The position numbers and the translations under genes are program-made. Shown one piece after another: positions 7,301 through 16,667 of a stretch of 64,000 bases of DNA. The DNA comes from Nitrosopumilus sp. (GTDB lineage: Archaea; Thermoproteota; Nitrososphaeria; Nitrososphaerales; Nitrosopumilaceae). The DNA is taken from contig OZ250186.1 in assembly GCA_965238275.1 (NCBI GenBank), positions 192,001 to 256,000 on the forward strand, given 5' to 3'. Positions within the stretch are counted from its first letter, which is position 1; each line of letters opens with the position of its first letter. The notes under the pieces were generated by a model that made no database searches, was not told the origin of the DNA, and saw only the letters and a program-made list of their open reading frames with translations.

Positions 7301-9757
7301 TTACCTGCCGGAATGATCATGGTGGCATGAAGCATGCCCATAGCTTGGATCCAATTCCAATGCAGCATCAAAGCACTCCTGTGCCTGCCGACGCCTCCCA
7401 AGGGATTCGAGGGTATGGCCCCTGCTGTGGTGTATGTCGGCATTATTCGGATCCAGTTTCAGTGCAGCATCAAAACATTCCAGTGCCTCCTGATGCCTTC
7501 CGAGCAGTTCAAGCGTGATGCCCCGGATATTGTGTACACTGAGAAGAACCGGATCCAGTTTCAGCGCAGCGTCAAAACACTCCAGTGCACTCAAGGGCAT
7601 CTTAGTTTCCAAAAGACACATTCCCTTGTGGTAGTGCATGTGGGGATCATTAGGATCTAGGTCTATTGCAAGGTCATAGGATGCCGCGGCCGCTTCATAA
7701 TTGGAGAACATTTTGAGGTAGGATCCCTTGGTAATATGCAGCTGGGCATCTTCAGGATCCACGTCAAGTGCTGTGTCGATGCACGCAATTGTCTGCCCTA
7801 TGTTACCAAGCCTTGCAAGAAATTCGGCCTTTTTGACATACATCTCAGAAAAGACAGGATTCATCGCTATTGCCTTGTTGCACAACTCTACTCCCTGCGG
7901 ATACCTGCCAAGTTCCCAAAGAACGTCTGCCTTTTCAGAGTATGCATCAGAAAGGTCAGGATTCAGATCTATTGCCCGGTCATATGAGGCAATTGCCTGC
8001 TCGTGATCTCCAAGTTTCCAGTGGGCATATGCCTTCTCGTAATGCGCCATAGTGGCATCAGGATCCAGATCTATTGCCCGGTCACATGAGACGATTGCCT
8101 CTTCAAAGGCGTCAACCAATACTAGGGATCTTCCCCGGAAGTAGTGTGCGTCAATGTGATCGGGGTTCTTGCTTATTGCCTCATCAAAGCATCGTATGGC
8201 CTTTTTGTGGCTGTCAGTATCTGCAAGGGAGCGCCCTTTCATAAAATACAGGTTAGGAATGTCAAGACCCAGCCTTTGTGCCTTGTTGAAGCATCGCATG
8301 GCATCCTTATTGGAGTCCAGTTCTGCAAGGGAACATCCCTTGTAATAGTACAGTATGGGAAGATCAGGGTAGAGCCTTATTGCCTCATCAAAGCACGGTA
8401 TTGCCTTCCTGTGCATTCCAAGGAATGCAAGGGATCGTCCCTTTTGCTGGTGAGGCGCAGAATAGCCCGGCTCCAGCATTATTGCAGCGTCATAGCACCG
8501 GACTGCCTGTTTGTGATCTTCAGAGTCTGCAAGGACGTTTCCCTTTTCATAGTACGGCCAGCTAGTACCAGGGTAAAGAAGGATGGCAGTATCATAACAC
8601 CGGAGCGCATCCTTGTTCTCGCCAAGAAACGCATGGGAGAGTCCCTTTTCACGGTATACAGGTTCCGGAACCTGTCCAATCTGAATCGCCTTGTCAAAGC
8701 ATGGAATTGCCTGCCGGTAATCATAAAGCCTGAAAAATGCGTGTCCTTTGGAATAGTGTGCCCAGATGTCCTTTGGATCCAGGCGGATTGCCTCGTCAAA
8801 GCATTCCATTGCCTGCCGGTATTCCTTGAGTGATAAAAGGGCGCCTCCTTTGAGGTTGTGGTGTTCAGAATTTTCAGGATCCAGACGTATCATCTCGTCG
8901 TAGCAGGATGCCGCCTCTTTGAATCCTTTAAGGTATTCAAAGCAGCCTCCCTTTCTCAGGTGAGCATCAAGACGGCCAGGATCCAGGCGGATCGCCTCAT
9001 CAAAGGACTCTATTGCCTGTCCGTAATACTTGAACATCTCTAGTGTGCGTCCCTTGTAATAGTGCGCATCTGCGCGACAGTCCAGATCCAGGCGAATCGC
9101 CTCATCAAAGCACGATATTGTCTGCCTGTACTTTTCAGTGGACATGAGGGACAGTCCCTTGAAATATGCGACGCGGCCGTCCTCTGGATTGATCCTCGCT
9201 GCTGCATCATAGCACCGCATGGCCTCCTTGTGCATGTCAAGTGATGCAAAGTGCTTTCCTCTTTGCAGGAATTGTTCTATATCACGCTCAGGTAGTATTT
9301 CGCCGGCGGTGCCTGCGTTCAGGTAGGGCACAGAGGAGGAGGATTCATGTCTGCCATCTGCAGAACTGTCTTGTTCCAACCTCTCAAGGAACAGTGTGCA
9401 CTTTTTCCTGAACTTGGCAGCCTTTTCATCGTTGGGATCTATCTGCAGTGCCGCATCAAAGCACTTTGCGGCCTCGCGGTATCTTTCAATAGACGCAAGG
9501 GCATAGCCCTTGTTGCAGTGAGAATCAATAATGTCAGGGTCTATCCTTATCGCAGCATCAAAGCATTTGATTGCCTCCTCATATCTTTGAAGCAGCGCAA
9601 GGCATGTGCCCTTGTTGTTGCATGAGGCATAATCGGATGGATTTGCCTTGATTGCCCGGGTGTAGTATTTTATTGCCTGGGGGTAGGCACGGAGATCCGC
9701 AAGGGCATCGCCCTTTTTGCGATGGGAGCTGTCATCATTGGAGATCATCCGTTCCAT
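7301..9757 (-). CDS. large multi-TPR protein (~818 aa, about 20 repeats)
   Basis: Tandem 34-aa repeats (KG..L..L..Y..A..CFD.AI.LDP). ATG at 9757 preferred over 9949 because the longer frame overlaps dps and a TATATATA box lies ~25-30 bp upstream of 9757. Confidence 0.92.
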   Translation of the reverse strand: MERMISNDDSSHRKKGDALADLRAYPQAIKYYTRAIKANPSDYASCNNKGTCLALLQRYEEAIKCFDAAIRIDPDIIDSHCNKGYALASIERYREAAKCFDAALQIDPNDEKAAKFRKKCTLFLERLEQDSSADGRHESSSSVPYLNAGTAGEILPERDIEQFLQRGKHFASLDMHKEAMRCYDAAARINPEDGRVAYFKGLSLMSTEKYRQTISCFDEAIRLDLDCRADAHYYKGRTLEMFKYYGQAIESFDEAIRLDPGRLDAHLRKGGCFEYLKGFKEAASCYDEMIRLDPENSEHHNLKGGALLSLKEYRQAMECFDEAIRLDPKDIWAHYSKGHAFFRLYDYRQAIPCFDKAIQIGQVPEPVYREKGLSHAFLGENKDALRCYDTAILLYPGTSWPYYEKGNVLADSEDHKQAVRCYDAAIMLEPGYSAPHQQKGRSLAFLGMHRKAIPCFDEAIRLYPDLPILYYYKGCSLAELDSNKDAMRCFNKAQRLGLDIPNLYFMKGRSLADTDSHKKAIRCFDEAISKNPDHIDAHYFRGRSLVLVDAFEEAIVSCDRAIDLDPDATMAHYEKAYAHWKLGDHEQAIASYDRAIDLNPDLSDAYSEKADVLWELGRYPQGVELCNKAIAMNPVFSEMYVKKAEFLARLGNIGQTIACIDTALDVDPEDAQLHITKGSYLKMFSNYEAAAASYDLAIDLDPNDPHMHYHKGMCLLETKMPLSALECFDAALKLDPVLLSVHNIRGITLELLGRHQEALECFDAALKLDPNNADIHHSRGHTLESLGRRRQAQECFDAALELDPSYGHASCHHDHSGR

Positions 9758-9908
9758 AATGGACAGAACATTGAAAACCGCATATATATATTCAAAATGG
9801 CGCTGGTTACTTTGCCGCCATAGTCCATCACGAATTGTAACAGAATCCGGCACCATCAAATTCGGATACAGCCAAAATAAAAGAGATGTGGTAGGGAGCC
9901 TGCCCCTG

Positions 9909-10385
9909 TCAATCCAGTATGGATCGTAGCATCCAGGCAGTCTTTTCATGCTTTTCCATGAGGCCTATAAGAAAGTCCTCTGTCCCGGCATCAGCGTATG
10001 TGCCGCCGGCCTCAGGAATCTTCCTCCTCAGAACCCTGATGACTGTCTCGTGATCCTCCAAAAGGTTTGAGACCATGGCTGCAGCCTCAGGATACTTCCC
10101 GGGGTGCTCCCCTATCTGGGAGTTTTTCTGAAATTCGGCCAGGGTGGACAACGTCTTGAATCCCAAAGACCTGATTCTTTCGGCAATCTCGTCAATGTCA
10201 TCGGACAGCTCGCTGTACTGTTCCTCAAAGACCTTGTGGTACTCTGCAAAATGCGGGCCCGTAACGTTCCAATGGTAGTTTCGGGTCTTGGTGTACAGGA
10301 CGTACTCGTCACAAAGAACCGATTCAAGGATGCCTGCAACGCCCTTGCGGTTCTGCTCGGATATGCCAATGTCTGTATGTTTCAT
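9909..10385 (-). CDS. dps: Dps family ferritin-like DNA protection protein
   Basis: HWNVTGPHF..H..FEEQY and DEIAERI ferroxidase motifs; 158 aa. Confidence 0.95.
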   Translation of the reverse strand: MKHTDIGISEQNRKGVAGILESVLCDEYVLYTKTRNYHWNVTGPHFAEYHKVFEEQYSELSDDIDEIAERIRSLGFKTLSTLAEFQKNSQIGEHPGKYPEAAAMVSNLLEDHETVIRVLRRKIPEAGGTYADAGTEDFLIGLMEKHEKTAWMLRSILD

Positions 10386-10393
10386 ACAGTTAT

Positions 10394-10459
10394 TAGGAAT
10401 TATTCATATTTAATTGTTATTCCTAAATCAGAATTATTATCAATAAAGAATCATACCTA
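10394..10459. promoter_or_regulatory. four phased imperfect palindromes (consensus ~TAGGAAT-N-ATTCCTA), likely Fur/PerR operator
   Basis: Centres at 10401, 10418, 10435 and 10452 (17-bp period) in the dps-fur divergent spacer. Confidence 0.65.
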
Positions 10460-10500
10460 TTAAGAACAAGCGTTATATATCACAAGCAGTCACGTATATC

Positions 10501-10920
10501 ATGCAGAGGCCAGAGGATGTCGTGAAGCTGCTAAGGGAGGACGGGTTCAGGATAACTCCTCAGAGGGTTGCAATAGTGGAGCACATTCTCAAGACAGACA
10601 AGCATCCCAGCGCAGACTCTATCCACAGGGCAGTCAAAAGAAGGTATCCGATGATCGGCCTCTCGACAGTCTACAAGACACTGGAGATGCTAAAGGGGAA
10701 GAGTCTGGTAAGCGAGATTGGCGTGGACGGACAGGCCAGGTTTGATGCGCATACAGAGGATCACGTCAACCTAGTATGCATGAGGTGCGGCAGGATTGAC
10801 GATATCGACGAAAAGTCAATCAAAAGGATGCAGGCAAGGGTTGCACAAAAGTCTGGATACAGGATTGTGAGGGGCAGCTTTGAGATGACCGGGTATTGTG
10901 CTGGCTGCAGGTCCGATTAG
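10501..10920 (+). CDS. fur: Fur/PerR family metal-dependent transcriptional repressor
   Basis: RITPQR, HPSAD, STVYKTL, H.NLVCMRCG and GYCAGC motifs; divergent from dps. Confidence 0.92.
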   Translation: MQRPEDVVKLLREDGFRITPQRVAIVEHILKTDKHPSADSIHRAVKRRYPMIGLSTVYKTLEMLKGKSLVSEIGVDGQARFDAHTEDHVNLVCMRCGRIDDIDEKSIKRMQARVAQKSGYRIVRGSFEMTGYCAGCRSD

Positions 10921-11070
10921 GGTTAACACGATTCCAGGCAGATGCCACGTGCCGGTCTGAAAGGTTTTGGGGGATGCTGCCTGAGCCTGCAGGGCCAAGG
11001 CGGCAAATTGCGAAAGGCAGAAACCGGCAGGATTGTTGATTTATTTAATCGGATTCGGGTACCGGATGCG

Positions 11071-12063
11071 ATGTCAGACGGCGGGCAAAAGTGGACTGTA
11101 GGGAACGGACGCTCAGAGGAGGTCAGGGGCATGATCAGGTCGTATGGGGGAGTCGAGGACGAGGCCATCAAGTCAGATGCAGAGGCGTGGCGCATGCGGA
11201 TTGGCAAGGCGGTGTTTACCATGTACAGAACCGGAACCCTGTATAACAACATGGCAGGCAGCAGGGAGATTCTGGAACTCAGAGATGAGATTGGCAGGTG
11301 CTGCAAGTCCAAGTTTGAGAGTACGGGCAGGGACATCCTCATAGGCGTGGACGAGACCGGAAAGGGGGAGGTTGCCGGAGACGAGGTGCTGTGCGGCGTA
11401 CGTTTTCTGTCAGGCATGTACGGGGAGGTTGACAGCATGGCCGGAATGGCGGACACAAAATCCCGCAGGACGTACGGGTACTGGGACGGAATATTTTCCA
11501 AGGCAGGCAGTCTGGATGGCAGGGGGCTGCGCTCTGACATCGAAAGGATTCATCCAGAGAAGATTGACAAATACAACATAAACAGGCTCATGGATGCCGC
11601 ATACAAGAGGATCATTACACGCCTGATGCAGGGAATGACACCGGACAGGGCAAGCATAGTCGTTGACGACTACCAGATAGGACGCGAACTCAAAGGGTAT
11701 CTTGACAGCCTGCAAAGGAGCGGGGCAAAGATAATAGTCACACACAAGGCAGACGAGAGGTTTCTTGAGGCCAGGCTGGCATCGGCACTGGCAAAGAGGG
11801 AAAGGGAGAGGATAATGGCAGGGATTAATGACGGGTTTGTCATTGACGGCATCTCCATAGGATCCGGCGCGCCATCAGACGAGAGGACAAAAAGATGGCT
11901 TGCCGCATGGAAAAAGTCGGGACGGGAATGGCCGTGGTTCATTAAAAGATCCTACTCCAACATAAGAGAACTTGACGGCCTGTCAGGGAATGTAAAAAAG
12001 TCAGGCGATCCCCATAGTGGGTCGCTCAGCCAGTGGATGGATGGAGATGATGGTTCTGCCTGA
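11071..12063 (+). CDS. type 2 ribonuclease H (RNase HII/HIII family) with N-terminal extension
   Basis: IGVDETGKGE, MADTK, VVDDY and KADERFLEARLASALAK motifs. ATG 11071 follows an AT-rich TATA-like box at 11041. Confidence 0.8.
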   Translation: MSDGGQKWTVGNGRSEEVRGMIRSYGGVEDEAIKSDAEAWRMRIGKAVFTMYRTGTLYNNMAGSREILELRDEIGRCCKSKFESTGRDILIGVDETGKGEVAGDEVLCGVRFLSGMYGEVDSMAGMADTKSRRTYGYWDGIFSKAGSLDGRGLRSDIERIHPEKIDKYNINRLMDAAYKRIITRLMQGMTPDRASIVVDDYQIGRELKGYLDSLQRSGAKIIVTHKADERFLEARLASALAKRERERIMAGINDGFVIDGISIGSGAPSDERTKRWLAAWKKSGREWPWFIKRSYSNIRELDGLSGNVKKSGDPHSGSLSQWMDGDDGSA

Positions 12064-12151
12064 GAATAAATCATTAAACACAAGTTCGTAATGTCAGGCC
12101 GCACCACCAATAAAATATGGCGTGCATGAAAGGTTACAGGAATTGACCCGC

Positions 12152-12982
12152 ATGCTAAAAAAGGCGCTGGAAGGCGTGCTCACACCTGCAGAGAGCAACG
12201 AGTTCGTCTCGGCCTTTGACCAGATAGGGGAGATAATAGTGGTAAGAATCCCGGGCTCCCTCCTTCCAAAGAAGAAGATCATAGGGGAGGCCCTGCTAAG
12301 CCAGGTAAAGATAGCAAGAAGCGTCTTTCACCAGTCATCGGCAGTGGATGGCGACTTTCGCACAAGGAAACTGGAGATTCTTGCGGGGGCAGACAGCACC
12401 GAGACTGAATACAGGGAGTTTGGCTGCAGGTTTGCAGTGGACGTGGAAAATGCGTTTTTTTCTCCCAGGCTGTCCACGGAGAGGGAGAGGATAGCCGGGC
12501 TGGCATGCGACGGGGAGGTCATAGTCAACATGTTCGGGGGCGTCGGGATGTTTTCCATAATGGCTGCAAAGAGGAAAAAATGCACGGTATACAACCTGGA
12601 CATCAACCCTGTCGCCTCAGAACTGTGCAGGAGAAACATCGAATTAAACAGGCTTGCAGGAGACGTGGTATCAATCAACGGGGACGCCTCGGAGATCATA
12701 AGGGACCGGCTTCAGGGGGTGTCGGACAGAACCCTGATGCTGCTTCCGGAGAGGTCTGATGAGTTTCTAGGGTCTGCCGTCACTGCCACCAAGAGCGGGG
12801 GCACCATCCACTACTATTCCCACATACACGCAGACAGAAAATCAGACGCGGGGTCACTTTCTGAGGAGCACTACTCCGGCGTGGCACCTGTCAGAACCAG
12901 CATACACAACTCCAAGATTGTAAGGGCCGTGGGTCCAAGATACTACCAGACAGTCGTGGATGCGCAGATATTCAAGGACTAG
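12152..12982 (+). CDS. Trm5/Tyw2 (Met-10+) family SAM-dependent tRNA modification enzyme
   Basis: AFDQIGEI, FFSPRLSTER, NMFGGVGMF and DINP motifs. Confidence 0.88.
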   Translation: MLKKALEGVLTPAESNEFVSAFDQIGEIIVVRIPGSLLPKKKIIGEALLSQVKIARSVFHQSSAVDGDFRTRKLEILAGADSTETEYREFGCRFAVDVENAFFSPRLSTERERIAGLACDGEVIVNMFGGVGMFSIMAAKRKKCTVYNLDINPVASELCRRNIELNRLAGDVVSINGDASEIIRDRLQGVSDRTLMLLPERSDEFLGSAVTATKSGGTIHYYSHIHADRKSDAGSLSEEHYSGVAPVRTSIHNSKIVRAVGPRYYQTVVDAQIFKD

Positions 12983-13197
12983 CCATCAGAGGTGATGGAT
13001 GCCGGCGACGGCTTGGTTGTTGCCATGACGTATCCAATCCAGGCCACCACTCCGAGTATCCCCCCTGCAATCATCAGTACCGACAGCTGAAGCACGATGG
13101 GGCTCCACTCAGAGAGCATCAGCAGATAGGCATACAGAAAGAATCCCCCTATGCACAGGACAAATATGACAACACCCATCGCCTTGCGCCTGTCCAT
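12979..13197 (-). CDS. small two-helix membrane protein (DPM2-like)
   Basis: Two hydrophobic segments; C-terminal WIGYVMATTK. Confidence 0.7.
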   Translation of the reverse strand: MDRRKAMGVVIFVLCIGGFFLYAYLLMLSEWSPIVLQLSVLMIAGGILGVVAWIGYVMATTKPSPASITSDG

Positions 13198-13275
13198 GGA
13201 AAAAGACTTTCAGTCTAGTTATTTATTGGTTTGAGGACTATGACCCAGACGCGTAACATTTCCGGGTACCGCACG

Positions 13276-13773
13276 CTAGCGGAGCTCGATGGACATGAGG
13301 TATCCGTCCTCGCCGTCCCTATAGTATGTGTTCAAGCGCTGCCGTATTATAAAGCCCAGTTCCTCATAGAGCCGAATGGCATCGGTGTTGCTGCACCGAA
13401 CCTCCAGGTAGAACTCGTCGCATCCCTTGGACCTTACGCCATTGATTGACTCCTCCACCAAGACCTTGCCTATCCCCTGTCTCCTGTACCTGTCCTCCAC
13501 GGCAACAGAGACCATGTGTCCCTTCTTGACAAAGCCCAGCTTCTTAAAGTTTGAAAACCCGTGCTCCACCTTGCACATGATATATCCCACCCTCTTGTCT
13601 GCAATCTCGGCCACTATGAACGCCTCGGGAATCTCGGCAAGAAGGCTCTCGTAAAAGTAGTCAGAGTAGTGCTCTGGGAGCGTCTTGAGGTTGATCTCCA
13701 TTACGGAGATGAGATCACTTGCCTCGGCCCGCCTGATGCTGTACTGGCCAACCTGCCTGAGAATCATCTGCAT
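13276..13773 (-). CDS. ard1: N-terminal acetyltransferase Ard1/RimI (GNAT)
   Basis: LPEHY, VSVAV...RRQGIG, LEVRCSN and YYRDGEDG motifs. Confidence 0.92.
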   Translation of the reverse strand: MQMILRQVGQYSIRRAEASDLISVMEINLKTLPEHYSDYFYESLLAEIPEAFIVAEIADKRVGYIMCKVEHGFSNFKKLGFVKKGHMVSVAVEDRYRRQGIGKVLVEESINGVRSKGCDEFYLEVRCSNTDAIRLYEELGFIIRQRLNTYYRDGEDGYLMSIELR

Positions 13774-13848
13774 GGTGTTAGATGGTACAGAATGGGTATT
13801 TAATTTTAAACCAAAAGACCATTTAATGGAAAGGACGGCAGTCATGGT

Positions 13849-14946
13849 ATGGATGATCCGTCACAGGAGAAGATCACATCGATAGTCCGTCATGTGTTTG
13901 ATGTCAGCGAGTTCACAAAGACGGAGTTTGCGCTGGAGTTTAGGATAGCGGACTGGGATTTTAAGTCAAAGTTTGAGGATCTGGCAAGAAGGCTTGAGGG
14001 CATGAGTTACGTGTGCAGGCTTGAGAGGGTGGACGGGGGCATCTACGTCATAGTCCAAAAGTTCACACGTGGAAAGCAGGGATGGCTGTTCAGGTCATCG
14101 TGGGTTCCCAGGATTCTGTTTGCAGTAGTGGTTACCTTTGTGATGGTGGACGGATACTTTAGGACGGTCTTGGCAAATTCCATAATAAACATAGGGGACC
14201 CGCTCGAGATGGCAGTGGTGTACACCCTGTCGCTTCTTGGCATCCTGGGGGTTCACGAGATGGGCCACATCGTGGCTGCAAGGGTGCACAGGCTTGGCAC
14301 CACCTGGCCCTACTTCATCCCGGGACTTCCGGTGGTGGGAATCCCCACGTTTGGCGCATTCATCAAGTCAAAGGGTCTTACCATCAACAGGGAGATCCTC
14401 TTTGACGTGGCCATTGCAGGCCCTGTTGCAGGCCTTGTCATTGCAGTGATCGTCTCCATGTATGGCGCGTATACCGCGCCGATCCTAGACCCGGCAACAG
14501 CAACGATGCTGTTTGCAGACGACAGGCTGTCGGAGTGGAGCATGGGGGAGCCGCTCCTGATGACTGCCAGCCTGGCGCTGTTTGGCAAGGGGGTTGACAA
14601 CGAGGTCATAATGACGCCGGTGCTGTTTGCAGCATGGATAGGGCTGTTAATCACGTTTCTGAACCTGCTTCCCGCATGGCAGCTTGACGGCGGCCACATG
14701 GCAAGGACGCTGCTTGCCCCCAACCTGCACAGGTATGCCACGTACGGAAGCATCGCGGTGCTGACGCTTTTGGGATACTGGATAATGGCGCTGCTCATCC
14801 TGTTTATGAGCATGAGGGCGCCGAGTGCCACCCCCCTGGACAACGTCACGCCGCTCCCAAGGAACAGAAAGATGGCATATGTCGGAATCATAGTGCTTGC
14901 AGTCCTGTGCGCCCCGCTGCCGGCAGAGCTTGGCCTGCTACTTTAG
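13849..14946 (+). CDS. site-2 protease (peptidase M50)
   Basis: HEMGH zinc motif, AGP, NLLPAWQLDGG, multiple TM helices. Confidence 0.93.
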   Translation: MDDPSQEKITSIVRHVFDVSEFTKTEFALEFRIADWDFKSKFEDLARRLEGMSYVCRLERVDGGIYVIVQKFTRGKQGWLFRSSWVPRILFAVVVTFVMVDGYFRTVLANSIINIGDPLEMAVVYTLSLLGILGVHEMGHIVAARVHRLGTTWPYFIPGLPVVGIPTFGAFIKSKGLTINREILFDVAIAGPVAGLVIAVIVSMYGAYTAPILDPATATMLFADDRLSEWSMGEPLLMTASLALFGKGVDNEVIMTPVLFAAWIGLLITFLNLLPAWQLDGGHMARTLLAPNLHRYATYGSIAVLTLLGYWIMALLILFMSMRAPSATPLDNVTPLPRNRKMAYVGIIVLAVLCAPLPAELGLLL

Positions 14947-16011
14947 CAGCAGCCGGGCACCGTCCTTAACCACGGGTATCTTCTGCCGCGCGCCGTGTGT
15001 CTGCAGGAGGTAGTCAAGGGAGTGCTTTATGCCCGGGAGCGGGATCATGCCAAGTTTTTTGGTGTAAAACTCGGGCAGTACCGATACCAGCGCAGTCTGG
15101 AACTTTTCTTGGGTCTTGAGCAGAAACAGCAGGTTCTCCATCCGGTCCAGATACTTTCTGGGATTGCGTATCTGCTTCTCGTCCAGCCTGCCCTCGACGT
15201 ACTGCCCAAACGCATCAGAGCCCAGCCCCGCGCTGCACTCTGCCACCAGCACTGCAAGGCCGCCTGACTTTACTGCCTGCATGCAGTTCCAGAGTGGGGA
15301 GAGGGACTGGCCAAGGGTGTATCGCCCTGCGTCCCTGCCGGTGCTGACTATCATGGAGCGGTGCCTGCCGGCTTCCCTGATGCCCGGCTTGAGTGACTCT
15401 GTCACGGCAGCCGACTTGGACGGGTGCCCTATGGAGATGTCAACTATCCCCTCGGAGCTTGCAGCTATCTCAATTCCCTGAATCTCAAAGCCGTCGGCAA
15501 ACTTTTTGGCCTCTGCCATGCATGCAGTCTTCTCCCCCGGGGAGGGCAGGTCGCTGCCCCTCTTGGAGTATGCAGCAAGCATGGACTCTGCGCCGAACCT
15601 TCTGAGCAGGCGTGTCGCGACAGTCTCATACCCGAACAGCCCGTCAAACTCGGCTTCGCCTACAAACACAAGATCCGGGTTGATTCCTTCATGCCCGAAC
15701 TCGTCTACTGTGCTTCCCTCAGGCAGGCCCGCCCTGACTGCATTTAGTATTTCCCTGTCTGCCAGGATGCGGGGGAACGGCTTTGACTGTTTCTCGCACA
15801 GCATGAGGAGGGACGCGATAACCTTCTGTACGGATCGGGAGTTGTGCAGGGCTACAAGATCCATGGGCCGTGAAAGGTCAAGGGTCTCCAGCATCCCGTG
15901 AATCACGGGATCCTCAAGGCCGCCGGCAGAGTCAAGCGTCCTGTCCAGGTTCTCGGCACGTATGTCCAGTACGACATCGCCCATGCCGTAGTTCAGCCAG
16001 ATCTCAGGCAT
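14938..16011 (-). CDS. LarA/DUF2088-like protein
   Basis: N-terminal EIWLNYG and C-terminal VKSGG..VLVAECSAGLG resemble the lactate racemase fold family; catalytic function not evident. Confidence 0.55.
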   Translation of the reverse strand: MPEIWLNYGMGDVVLDIRAENLDRTLDSAGGLEDPVIHGMLETLDLSRPMDLVALHNSRSVQKVIASLLMLCEKQSKPFPRILADREILNAVRAGLPEGSTVDEFGHEGINPDLVFVGEAEFDGLFGYETVATRLLRRFGAESMLAAYSKRGSDLPSPGEKTACMAEAKKFADGFEIQGIEIAASSEGIVDISIGHPSKSAAVTESLKPGIREAGRHRSMIVSTGRDAGRYTLGQSLSPLWNCMQAVKSGGLAVLVAECSAGLGSDAFGQYVEGRLDEKQIRNPRKYLDRMENLLFLLKTQEKFQTALVSVLPEFYTKKLGMIPLPGIKHSLDYLLQTHGARQKIPVVKDGARLLLK

Positions 16012-16148
16012 ACACTGGTATGTGGTATCAGCTAAAATAAATCCAGTGCGGCTGTGCCGGATTATGCCAGGGGATCCTCATCATGCCCGGGCCGCACCTG
16101 CACGGTACGCTGGAATGACAGTAATCATGGGCTCGTCTGATGCATGGC

Positions 16149-16667
16149 CTATCTTAGGGATTGGTTGGGAATCGGCCCCGACTTGCCCAGTATCAGGTTG
16201 CGCACCTTGACCATCTTGCGTGCCAGTATGAATCCTCCGCCTGACATGCAGCTTCCTATTATTACGTGCAGCAGGCTGGAGTCTTGCTGAGGGGCAACCA
16301 GCAGGACATAGACAAATCCGGCGATCATCAGCAAGACCCCAAATGCCGCAAAGATTGCCATCATCATGGGAATTCTAGGGGGGATGGGAGGCAGTCCGTC
16401 TGGAGGACGATCGATGAATCGCGCGTCCTTGCAGACATTGCAGCAGCGTCTCTGCTTTTTTTCATGCCATACGGACTCTAGGAAATAAAATTCTTGATGA
16501 CATGAGCTGCACGCGGTTTTTGGCATGGTTACCCTTCCATGGTCGTCAAAGTCCTGGCCTATCCTCTTCATGCACTCCTTGCAAAAGTACCCGCGGACGC
16601 GCCACTGCTTTTGAAAGTTGTACTTTTTCCAACCCAGCGGAACGTTGCAGCCTGAACAGGAAGTCAT
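16149..16667 (-). CDS. double zinc-finger membrane protein, copy A
   Basis: CSGC, CKEC, CSSC, CNVC followed by a Pro-rich linker and two TM helices. Start overlaps the dur3 stop (ATGA). Confidence 0.75.
   Translation of the reverse strand: MTSCSGCNVPLGWKKYNFQKQWRVRGYFCKECMKRIGQDFDDHGRVTMPKTACSSCHQEFYFLESVWHEKKQRRCCNVCKDARFIDRPPDGLPPIPPRIPMMMAIFAAFGVLLMIAGFVYVLLVAPQQDSSLLHVIIGSCMSGGGFILARKMVKVRNLILGKSGPIPNQSLR

Noticed and set aside
9758-9949. N-terminal 64 aa of the 882-aa TPR ORF
   Set aside because: Overlaps dps and spans the likely promoter; ATG 9757 is the better start.
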